Shown here one piece after another: positions 28,093 through 34,979 of a stretch of 64,000 bases of DNA (position 1 is the stretch's first letter; every line of letters starts with the position of its first letter). A program made the translations under genes and the position numbers. This stretch comes from Candidatus Microgenomates bacterium (lineage in GTDB: Bacteria > Patescibacteriota > Microgenomatia > UBA8517 > JACQJR01). Under the pieces are notes generated by a model. That model saw nothing but the letters and a program-made list of their open reading frames with translations, searched no databases and was not told the origin of the DNA. Where the stretch lies: assembly GCA_016204995.1 (NCBI GenBank), contig JACQJR010000001.1, positions 539,034 to 603,033 on the forward strand. The letters run 5' to 3'.

Positions 28093-28117
28093 GCGCCCGT
28101 AGCTCAGTGGTAGAGCG
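28093..28117 (+). other. tRNA 5'-half-like fragment (acceptor stem plus D-arm: gcgcccg ta gctc agtggta gagc g), no 3' half
   Basis: read directly; no matching cgggcgc 3' strand within 300 nt. Confidence 0.4.
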
Positions 28118-28136
28118 TCTATCTTATATCAATTTT

Positions 28137-28212
28137 GGGTGCGTAGCTCAGCGGTTAGAGCGCCACTCTTATAAAGTGGATGTCCTTGGTTCAAATCCAA
28201 GCGCACCCACCA
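28137..28212 (+). tRNA. tRNA with anticodon UAU (reads AUA; tRNA-Ile2-like), CCA encoded
   Basis: manual fold: acceptor gggtgcg/cgcaccc, D-arm gctc-agcggtta-gagc, anticodon stem ccact/agtgg with loop cttataa, T-arm cttgg-ttcaaat-ccaag, discriminator A, cca. Confidence 0.65.
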
Positions 28213-28278
28213 AAATTGATTAATCGCAAGCGAAGCGAGTCCGCCTCTGACGGACTGCGATATAAAGGATTTATATTA

Positions 28279-29127
28279 ATGTCAGAGATTGGTTTTATCG
28301 GTTATGGCATCGTCGGTCAAGCCACAGGCAAGGGGTTGGCTCGCGGCGGCCACACTATTTATTCTTTTGATAAATACCGCGCTCATTCTCATTCTTTGGA
28401 AGAGGTAATAGATAAAAGTGAGTTTATTTTTATCTGCGTGCCCACCCCCATGTATCACGACCACTCGGGGATTGATTCTTCTATCGTAGATGCAGTAGTG
28501 GATGCCGTTGCTCCCCAGGTGGCCGGTACCAAGAAAGTTTTGATTATTAAGTCTACGGTTTTACCAGGTACTACGGCTCGTTATGCCAAAATTTATCCCA
28601 AAACTAATTTTGCCATGGTGCCGGAGTTTTTAACCGAGGCCAAACCGGAGTGGGATTTTCTCCATCCCTATCGGACGATTATCGGAGCCTTAGATAAAAA
28701 GATAGCTAATCGTCTGAAAAAATTACACACCTCGGCTTTGCCAGCCCAAACGCCTTTTTTTATGACCGATCCGACCAGTGCGGAGCTAGCCAAATACATG
28801 AGTAATGTCATGTTAGCTAGTAAAGTAATGTTAGCCAATGAGTTTTACGCCTTGGCCAAAGTCTTAAAGTCTAATTATGACCAAGTGCAGAAAATGGTAA
28901 CAGCTGATCCTCGGATCGGCACTCATTTAAAAGTACCAGGGCCGGATGGCGATTTAGGTTTTGGCGGCAAGTGTTTCCCCAAGGATATTGTGGCCCTACT
29001 TGGTTTGGGGAGGGAATTAAAAGTTGATCTTTCAGTTATGGAGACAATCTGGCGCAAAAACTTAAAAATTCGCAAAAATCACGATTGGAAAGAGATTAAA
29101 GGAGCAGTGACTAAGAAATTGACCTAA
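28279..29127 (+). CDS. UDP-glucose/GDP-mannose dehydrogenase-family protein (short form)
   Basis: N-terminal GFIGYGIVGQ Rossmann motif; catalytic GGKCFPKD; ORF-track start 28180 overlaps the tRNA, so the Met at 28279 with an upstream aaagga SD is used. Confidence 0.65.
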   Translation: MSEIGFIGYGIVGQATGKGLARGGHTIYSFDKYRAHSHSLEEVIDKSEFIFICVPTPMYHDHSGIDSSIVDAVVDAVAPQVAGTKKVLIIKSTVLPGTTARYAKIYPKTNFAMVPEFLTEAKPEWDFLHPYRTIIGALDKKIANRLKKLHTSALPAQTPFFMTDPTSAELAKYMSNVMLASKVMLANEFYALAKVLKSNYDQVQKMVTADPRIGTHLKVPGPDGDLGFGGKCFPKDIVALLGLGRELKVDLSVMETIWRKNLKIRKNHDWKEIKGAVTKKLT

Positions 29128-29200
29128 TTATTCTAATTAACCTAATTGACCTAAAATTTTAGAAATTAGAGCAATTAGAAATTAGAAATTTCTCTCTTAG
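29128..29200. repeat. 'tagaa' simple-repeat spacer (cctaattattctaattaacctaattgacctaaaattttagaaattagagcaattagaaattagaaatttc)
   Basis: read directly between dehydrogenase and recombinase genes. Confidence 0.6.
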
Positions 29201-30045
29201 AGTTCTTCCAGCTGATTAGTTTTACCTTTGGCCGGTTCTTTAATCAGAGAAAGATAACGTTCAGTGGTAGACAATCTTTTGTGACCGACAATTTTAGAGA
29301 GAGTGACTAAATCTACTCCACGGGTCAGTTGATGGACAATAAAAGTATTTCTGATATCGTTGACGGTAGCGTCTTCAACACCAGCTTCCACAAAGCAGCG
29401 TTCAATGGTAGAGCGGATGTTGCGGATTAGTAAGGGCCGGCCGGTTTTGGTGATAAAGAGATGTTTGGAATTTTGAGAGCCGCGAGTTTTTAAATAATTA
29501 TCAATGGTGGTTTTAAGATTGGAATGTAAGGGCAAAGTTCGATCTCCCACTTTAATTCCCCTTGGGGTGATGTCATCCAAAGTTAAGGCGGCCAATTCGC
29601 TGATTCTCATACCGGTTTGCAGCAAAATTTCCACAATGGCGGCAGTTCGGGGATCGCTTCTGGCTGCATCGCGTAAGGCTCGGTATTCTAAAACGGATAA
29701 AACGCGCGGTGCAGGCATTTGGTATTTAGGATGAGCTACCGAAAAAGCCGGGTCGCTGCCAATAAGTGATTTTTGTCTTAACCAGCGGAAAAAGCCCTTG
29801 ATGGCGTTAAGCTTGCGGGCCACGGATTTAGGGGTGTATTTTTTTTCAGCCAACTCGGTTAAAAATGACTCCAAATCAATGGCTAAAACGCTGTTGGCTT
29901 CGGTTTTACCCAGGCGGGCTAAAAATTCCGTCAGCTGCTCCAAATCCTTTTTGTAGGCTATAATAGTAGAGTCAGATTTCTTTGTCTCGCGCAGATAGGC
30001 AATAAAATCAAGCACCAAATCAGCTAGTAGAGTACTGTTTGCCAT
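29197..30045 (-). CDS. tyrosine site-specific recombinase, XerC/XerD family
   Basis: 282 aa; RISELAALTLDDI and C-terminal HxxR...LGHKRLSTTERYLS with catalytic Tyr; size fits chromosomal Xer. Confidence 0.8.
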   Translation of the reverse strand: MANSTLLADLVLDFIAYLRETKKSDSTIIAYKKDLEQLTEFLARLGKTEANSVLAIDLESFLTELAEKKYTPKSVARKLNAIKGFFRWLRQKSLIGSDPAFSVAHPKYQMPAPRVLSVLEYRALRDAARSDPRTAAIVEILLQTGMRISELAALTLDDITPRGIKVGDRTLPLHSNLKTTIDNYLKTRGSQNSKHLFITKTGRPLLIRNIRSTIERCFVEAGVEDATVNDIRNTFIVHQLTRGVDLVTLSKIVGHKRLSTTERYLSLIKEPAKGKTNQLEEL

Positions 30046-30077
30046 AAACCTATATAATATATACTATAGCATAATTT

Positions 30078-30437
30078 ATGAAATTAGTCAAACTAGCCGT
30101 AATTATAGTCAGTTTGGTGATTTCAGTGAGCCTGGTGCGGAGTATCGTAACTGTCCTGGGGGTGAAAGATCGTCTCCGCCAGGCCCAAGAAGAAGTAGCC
30201 AGCTTACAGAAAAAACAGGCCGATCTTGAGGCCAGACTCGTGGAAGCGACCAGTAGTACTACGATTGAGAAGGTGTTGCGGGATAAATTGGGTTTGGCCA
30301 AAAGTAATGAATATGTGGTAGTTTTACCTGATAATCCGGAATTATTAAGGAATTTGAGCCCGGAATTAAATAAAGAAGAGATTGAATCCGAGCCTGTTTT
30401 ACCTACTTGGCAGAAGTGGCTCGTGCTATTTTTTTAA
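30078..30437 (+). CDS. septum-formation initiator family protein (FtsB/DivIC-like)
   Basis: 119 aa; N-terminal TM, coiled coil, then IEKVLRDKLGLAKSNEYVVVLPD matching the FtsB/DivIC C-terminal motif. Confidence 0.55.
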   Translation: MKLVKLAVIIVSLVISVSLVRSIVTVLGVKDRLRQAQEEVASLQKKQADLEARLVEATSSTTIEKVLRDKLGLAKSNEYVVVLPDNPELLRNLSPELNKEEIESEPVLPTWQKWLVLFF

Positions 30438-30473
30438 CTACTCAATTTACTTCTTGACAAACAATTCATACAC

Positions 30474-30758
30474 ATGATAATATGTATGTGTATGTTAACT
30501 AAAAGAACTAACATTTTATTTGACCAAGAATTATGGAAGAAGCTTATTTCTCTTGCTGAGAAACGTAGTATTTCCATCGGCGAACTTGTAAGGACAGCCG
30601 TCAGAAAACAATATTTAAATGATATTGCTGAAGAGCAAAGGAAAGAGGCAATAGTAGGAATTAAAGCATTCAGAGAAAAATATGGAAAAACCGCAGGGGG
30701 AGGGGAAGATAGCGCTTTAATTATAAGAAGAATGCGTGATAGTCGGTATGGGAAATAA
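30474..30758 (+). CDS. ribbon-helix-helix antitoxin-like protein
   Basis: NILFDQELWKKLISLAEKRSISIGELVRTAVRKQYL RHH pattern; overlaps downstream PIN gene. Confidence 0.5.
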   Translation: MIICMCMLTKRTNILFDQELWKKLISLAEKRSISIGELVRTAVRKQYLNDIAEEQRKEAIVGIKAFREKYGKTAGGGEDSALIIRRMRDSRYGK

Positions 30759-31155
30759 AATCCTTGACACATCGGTTATCGCTAAATGGTTTTGTGAGGA
30801 AGAGGGAAGTGATCGAGCGCAGAAATATTTAGATGAGTTTGGTCAAGGTAAGTATGGAATAACTGTTCCCACGCTTCTTTTTTACGAAATTGGGAATATG
30901 CTGCTTAATAAAAAAATAGAAACAATAAGGGTAAGTGAAATTATGAGTCGTTTGCAGAATGTAAGTTTCAATATTGTTGATATTGGTTATGAAGCCTTTA
31001 GAAAAATATTTCAAAACGCACAGGAATTAAGTATTACCTTTTATGATGCTGCCTACGTTACTTTAATGCAAAAGGAAGACGCGGAATTTATCACTGCTGA
31101 TAGGAAACTTTATGAGAAATTGCATCGTAAATTCTCTGCCGTCACGCTTCTGTAA
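30736..31155 (+). CDS. PIN-domain toxin (VapC-like)
   Basis: 139 aa; ILDTSVIAKWF N-terminal PIN signature and conserved acidic residues. Confidence 0.65.
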   Translation: MIVGMGNKILDTSVIAKWFCEEEGSDRAQKYLDEFGQGKYGITVPTLLFYEIGNMLLNKKIETIRVSEIMSRLQNVSFNIVDIGYEAFRKIFQNAQELSITFYDAAYVTLMQKEDAEFITADRKLYEKLHRKFSAVTLL

Positions 31156-31188
31156 AGTTGTTAAAGGATTTAGGGTATTTGCGAATAG

Positions 31189-31761
31189 TCATTTCTGAAA
31201 AATTAAAGCAAGTACACTTATGACCAACGTAAGTGTTACAGCGATACCAATTGAGATCAAAGTTAAATAACCAAATCGTTTACTAATAGAGATTGTGTTT
31301 CTTAGATACTCTTTAGCTGTTCCTTTCCTTCCATGTTGTTTTATCTTTAATCCGACAGTTTGTATTCCTAGATATAACCCATATATTACCAAACAAATTA
31401 AGATTAGATAACTTAAAAACTCACCTATCGGATTTTTCCAGAACATGTCAAACGATTCTTTAAAGAAAAATATCCATATTAAAAGAGGTATGCTTAATAT
31501 AACCAGTGTGGCTTGTCCCCAATATTCATATGATTCTTCATCTCCACCATCTCTTAATTTATTAAGAAGTTTCATTTCTAATAGGATTAAAAATCCTAAA
31601 CCTATGATGCCACCAAGTAGTTTACCTGGAGTTAATGAAGCAAAGGGAGTATCAAGAAAATCCTTAACACCAGGATAAAGAAACAGTAATAAAATTAGTA
31701 TTGGTTGCCCAAATTTGCCTACTTTAATATATAATTTTCGGTCAAATTCATTATCTTTCAT
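31189..31761 (-). CDS. hypothetical membrane protein
   Basis: 190 aa, ~5 TM helices. Confidence 0.35.
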   Translation of the reverse strand: MKDNEFDRKLYIKVGKFGQPILILLLFLYPGVKDFLDTPFASLTPGKLLGGIIGLGFLILLEMKLLNKLRDGGDEESYEYWGQATLVILSIPLLIWIFFFKESFDMFWKNPIGEFLSYLILICLVIYGLYLGIQTVGLKIKQHGRKGTAKEYLRNTISISKRFGYLTLISIGIAVTLTLVISVLALIFQK

Positions 31762-31898
31762 AAATCTTTTACAAATATTATTACAACAATAATTAATTGT
31801 ATCCTCAATATTTGACCATAGTCAAGAAATAAGTCATGGTAATAATTCACTTATAATTATCACTATTTTATTCTAAAAGAATTTTATATTGCTGCTTA

Positions 31899-32003
31899 TT
31901 AGTCCTCTACGTCAATTGCCACCCCGCCTTCATTAATTTCTTCTTCACTAATATCAACAACAGTATTTTCTGTATTTTCGATAGGATTTCCTTCTAAATT
32001 CAT
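31899..32003 (-). CDS. 34-aa acidic peptide (MNLEGNPIENTENTVVDISEEEINEGGVAIDVED) with strong SD
   Basis: below ORF-track cutoff; aaaggtggtg SD 7 nt upstream of ATG on the minus strand. Confidence 0.25.
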   Translation of the reverse strand: MNLEGNPIENTENTVVDISEEEINEGGVAIDVED

Positions 32004-32024
32004 ATTTTTTCACCACCTTTCACG

Positions 32025-32056
32025 AAAAAGGGGAACAATATTGTTCCCCTTTTTAT
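32025..32056. terminator. bidirectional rho-independent terminator (aaaaa-ggggaacaa-ta-ttgttcccc-ttttt)
   Basis: perfect 9-bp GC-rich stem with A5 and T5 flanks; a second hairpin ggccagg-agtcgcg-cctggcc follows at 32058-32088. Confidence 0.75.
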
Positions 32057-32196
32057 CTTATGTTGCGGGGCCAGGAGTCGCGCCTGGCCTGGAAGATTAT
32101 GAGCCTTCCGTGCAACTCTACACTACCCCGCATGTACCTGAACATTATACCCTTTGAACTTTACAGAGTCAACATTTTTAGTTATAATTTGTAAGG

Positions 32197-32463
32197 GTGT
32201 TTGAGTACACGATACACGCTAGAAATAAATTTAGACGTAAGAAAATTAGAGAATTGAGGATTAAGGCCAAGATTGTAGAAAATGTAGTTATTAAACCGGA
32301 CGTAATAGATGAAGATAGATATCCCAGAATTGCGGTAGCAGCTATAAGTAAGAATTTGTCTTTAGTGGTAGTTTTCAGAGAAGTAGAAAAAGGGTGTAGA
32401 ATTATTACCTTTTTTCCAGCAGAAAGGGGTCGTTATGAAAGTAAAATATTACAAGAAGGATGA
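32197..32463 (+). CDS. DUF4258-family (RelE-fold) toxin-like protein
   Basis: 88 aa; YTIHARNKFRRKKI N-terminal HAxxR and ...VVVFREVEKGCRIITFF core. Confidence 0.45.
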   Translation: MFEYTIHARNKFRRKKIRELRIKAKIVENVVIKPDVIDEDRYPRIAVAAISKNLSLVVVFREVEKGCRIITFFPAERGRYESKILQEG

Positions 32464-32635
32464 TTTATTGGTAATTGAACTTTCCAGAAAGCCTTTTGAT
32501 GATGCGGAAATGGAAGGGGATTTTATTGTGCATTACTCCAAGGATAAGGAGCCAGTATCTATAGAAGTTTTAAACGCCAGTAAATTTCTCAAGGCTACCA
32601 GCAAAGCAGTGGGAACAAAACAATTAACTGTTTGA
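32435..32635 (+). CDS. DUF2283-family antitoxin-like protein
   Basis: 66 aa; MKVKYYKKDDLLVIELS resembles the DUF2283 MKITYDxEADALYIRL start; overlaps DUF4258 gene. Confidence 0.45.
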   Translation: MKVKYYKKDDLLVIELSRKPFDDAEMEGDFIVHYSKDKEPVSIEVLNASKFLKATSKAVGTKQLTV

Positions 32636-32642
32636 GGTGTAT

Positions 32643-32716
32643 GCCAGGGTAGCTCAGTTGGTTAGAGCACCGGATTCATAAACCGGCGATCGTGGGTTCG
32701 ACCCCCACCCCTGGTA
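32643..32716 (+). tRNA. tRNA with anticodon CAU (elongator Met, or Ile2 if lysidinylated); CCA not encoded
   Basis: manual fold: acceptor gccaggg/ccctggt (G1-U72), D-arm gctc-agttggtta-gagc, anticodon arm ccgga-ttcataa-accgg, T-arm gtggg-ttcgacc-cccac. Confidence 0.65.
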
Positions 32717-32722
32717 CTAAAT

Positions 32723-32941
32723 ATGTGTGTGGAAATAAATTCGGACATCAACTGCGACCGGACCATCCTGGAAAGAGCCAAGAACGAACATAATAAAACT
32801 GCCGCCGGTTGCGTCTTACGCATCAAACCATCGGCCGGGAATGAGACAGGGCTGGTAGCAGAGGCGGCGCGTCATCACAGGGCGGCTCAATATATTGAAA
32901 AGGAGCTAGAGCCAGTTCATAAATTGGTGAGGGAACAGTAG
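32723..32941 (+). CDS. hypothetical protein
   Basis: 72-aa ORF directly after the tRNA; no motif. Confidence 0.2.
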   Translation: MCVEINSDINCDRTILERAKNEHNKTAAGCVLRIKPSAGNETGLVAEAARHHRAAQYIEKELEPVHKLVREQ

Positions 32942-32973
32942 ATTTTTCTTGACAGTAAGCGCTTAATTGAGCA

Positions 32974-33002
32974 TTGACAATGCGTACGCAAAAGCGTACA
33001 CT
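32974..33002 (+). promoter_or_regulatory. TTGACA-17-TACACT promoter with embedded palindrome gcgtacgc/gtacgc-aaaa-gcgtac; the -10 ends ~8 nt before the yefM ATG
   Basis: read directly; spacing means little or no 5' UTR (leaderless). Confidence 0.5.
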
Positions 33003-33010
33003 TATTCTGT

Positions 33011-33319
33011 ATGAATACAGTTTCCGCAACTACTGCTAGGGCTAATCTTTATGATTTAATTGACGAGGTGGCCTCGGGTAAACGCGTGGGAATCACCAAT
33101 AAGGGTGAGACTAAGGCTATTCTAGTTAGTCAAGAGGAATGGAATGCTATGATAGTTACTCTTGAGACTTTGTCTGATCCGGAACTCATGGAGCAAATAA
33201 AGGAAAGTAAAAAAGATATCAAAGCAGGAAGAGTTCATAATTGGGAAGATGTCAAAAAAGAGTTTAGTTTAGAGGATGTATCAGATAAAACTGTCAAATC
33301 GCGCAAAAAAAGAGCTTAA
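33011..33319 (+). CDS. yefM: YefM/Phd-family antitoxin
   Basis: 102 aa; ARANLYDLIDEV...ILVSQEEWNAMIVTLE classic YefM core. Confidence 0.75.
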   Translation: MNTVSATTARANLYDLIDEVASGKRVGITNKGETKAILVSQEEWNAMIVTLETLSDPELMEQIKESKKDIKAGRVHNWEDVKKEFSLEDVSDKTVKSRKKRA

Positions 33320-33530
33320 AAAACTGGCTTTAAATTATAAATCTAAAGTTACAAGAATAATAGATTTACTTAGCGAAAATCCTTTCCTAGGAGAAAAAAT
33401 GAGCGGTGAATTTAAAGGATGGTATAGTATTAAAATACCGCCGATTAGAATTATTTACACCACTGATTTTCAGAACAAGATAATCATAATTAGGGCTATT
33501 GGTCATCGGGGTGATATTTACAAAAACTGA
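33276..33530 (+). CDS. relE: RelE/ParE-family toxin
   Basis: 84 aa; MYQIKLSNRAKKELKKL start and ...IIIIRAIGHRGDIY C-terminus; overlaps the antitoxin 3' end. Confidence 0.7.
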   Translation: MYQIKLSNRAKKELKKLALNYKSKVTRIIDLLSENPFLGEKMSGEFKGWYSIKIPPIRIIYTTDFQNKIIIIRAIGHRGDIYKN

Positions 33531-33538
33531 AAGTCAAC

Positions 33539-33567
33539 TTGACAAGGAAAATTTTTATTTGTATACT
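33539..33567 (+). promoter_or_regulatory. consensus-like sigma70 promoter TTGACA-17-TATACT
   Basis: cttgacaaggaaaatttttatttgtatact read directly. Confidence 0.55.
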
Positions 33568-33573
33568 AAATTC

Positions 33574-33730
33574 ATAGTTATGAATAGTTGCTTAAATTCT
33601 AAATGGTTTCGGCATTATGTCGCCTAACAGGCGGGTTTTGTCGTGGCAGTTAGAAGGCAACAAATAATAAGAAAAAACTAAAAACTAATAAAAAAGACAA
33701 GATCCGCCACAAACTGGGCGGATTTTTTTA
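33574..33730 (+). ncRNA. candidate small RNA or leader (~155 nt) between the promoter and an intrinsic terminator
   Basis: no ORF above 16 codons; internal hairpin cgcctaacaggcg; ends with atccgcc-acaaact-ggcggat + T7. Confidence 0.25.
33702..33730 (+). terminator. rho-independent terminator (atccgcc...ggcggat + T-run)
   Basis: 7-bp GC stem, 7-nt loop, T7. Confidence 0.6.
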
Positions 33731-33945
33731 TGGAGATAGAAACATTTATTAATAAAGAGGTTTTGTTTTACCGCTCTTTAGCAGAGGATAAAGAGTTTTG
33801 TTGCAGCGGCTGTGGGAGTAAAGCATATAGGGTGATATTAAGTGCGGAAATTCCTGTAGATGGTAGACAAATCTTGCCAGAAGATTTAGAGATAATGAGA
33901 TTATGTAATATTTGTATTATGAATTCTAAAGAGGAGGTAATATAA
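33730..33945 (+). CDS. small Cys-rich (CxxC...CxxC) zinc-ribbon-like protein
   Basis: 71 aa; CCSGCGSKAY...CNICIMN; stop overlaps trpS start. Confidence 0.35.
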   Translation: MEIETFINKEVLFYRSLAEDKEFCCSGCGSKAYRVILSAEIPVDGRQILPEDLEIMRLCNICIMNSKEEVI

Positions 33946-34937
33946 TGAAACAAATGAACAGGCGAGTGTTATCGGGAATTCGCGCTACGGGCAGACTACA
34001 CCTGGGAAATTATCTGGGAGCGGTCAAGGGGATGTTGGCTTTACAGGCGGATCCTAATTATGAAACTTTTTACATGGTAGCTGATTTGCATACTATTACT
34101 ACCCCTTACGACCCTAAAATACTAAAAGAAAATGTCCGGGAAGTGATTTTGGATTATTTGGCAGCCGGTCTTGATCCGCAAAAGAGCGTTATTTTTATTC
34201 AGTCGCAAGTACCCCAACACACAGAATTGGGGTATCTTTTTTCCACTCTGGTAACTGTCGCCCGGATGCAGCATTTGCCAACTTTTAAGGAAAAAGTAAA
34301 GCAGCATCCAGAAAATGTGACTATGGCTCTTTTAAATTACCCGGTGTTGATGGCGGCTGATATTTTAATGTATAAAGCGAGCCTGGTGCCGGTGGGGATT
34401 GACCAGGAGCCGCATCTGGAAATTGCCCGGGAAATTGCTAGCAAGATCAACTCGCGATTTGGTTTAGCTTTTCCCGAACCCCAGCGTTTTGCCACCAGTG
34501 GCGAATACGTGCCGTCTTTAACTGGCGAAGGTAAAATGAGCAAAAGCGTAGAAGGAAGTAACATTGGTTTAAGTGATGATTTAGCAGCAATCCGCGAAAA
34601 ATTAGCCAAAGTGCCGACTGATTCTGGCAGTGGCAACCAGGTGCCTACCGAAGGCGGAGTGGCTACTTTATTAACTTTAGTAGAACTATTTGAGGGAAAG
34701 GAAAAAACAGAACAATATCGGAAGCAGTATCAAACAGAAGGCATCAAATATCAAGATTTAAAGAATGAGTTGGCAGAGGCGATTTATCAAGAACTTAAGC
34801 CAATTCAAGAGAGGCGATTAGAATTTGAAAACAAACCAGAAATGGTGGATAAGATTATTGAAGAAGGCAACGAAAAAGCCAGGCAGGAAGCCCAAAAAAC
34901 TCTCTCCGAAGTTAAACAGGCTATGGGTTTAATCTAG
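33945..34937 (+). CDS. trpS: tryptophan--tRNA ligase
   Basis: 330 aa; class I HIGH-type TGRLHLGNY and KMSKS (GKMSKSVEG). Confidence 0.9.
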   Translation: MKQMNRRVLSGIRATGRLHLGNYLGAVKGMLALQADPNYETFYMVADLHTITTPYDPKILKENVREVILDYLAAGLDPQKSVIFIQSQVPQHTELGYLFSTLVTVARMQHLPTFKEKVKQHPENVTMALLNYPVLMAADILMYKASLVPVGIDQEPHLEIAREIASKINSRFGLAFPEPQRFATSGEYVPSLTGEGKMSKSVEGSNIGLSDDLAAIREKLAKVPTDSGSGNQVPTEGGVATLLTLVELFEGKEKTEQYRKQYQTEGIKYQDLKNELAEAIYQELKPIQERRLEFENKPEMVDKIIEEGNEKARQEAQKTLSEVKQAMGLI

Positions 34938-34979
34938 CCATTTTCTTTTTCTGCCCTTTTTTGCTATAATTTCCCAGTT

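Noticed and set aside
28093-28117. The tRNA 5'-half read as a real second tRNA gene, or as an intron-containing tRNA
   Set aside because: No complementary 3' acceptor strand (cgggcgc) and no T-arm follow. The downstream sequence is a complete, differently sequenced tRNA. It is therefore a fragment, not a gene.
29197-30045. The tyrosine recombinase read as a definite prophage or ICE integrase marking a mobile element
   Set aside because: Its size (282 aa) and motifs fit chromosomal XerC/D equally well. No flanking att duplication of the tRNA 3' end was found. The mobile-element interpretation is left as a hypothesis only.
33574-33700. T-box leader or classical trp attenuator upstream of trpS
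   Set aside because: No T-box consensus (AATTAGGGTGGNACCGCG-like) is present. The 16-codon leader ORF has only one Trp codon rather than tandem Trp. It is kept only as a generic candidate sRNA or leader.
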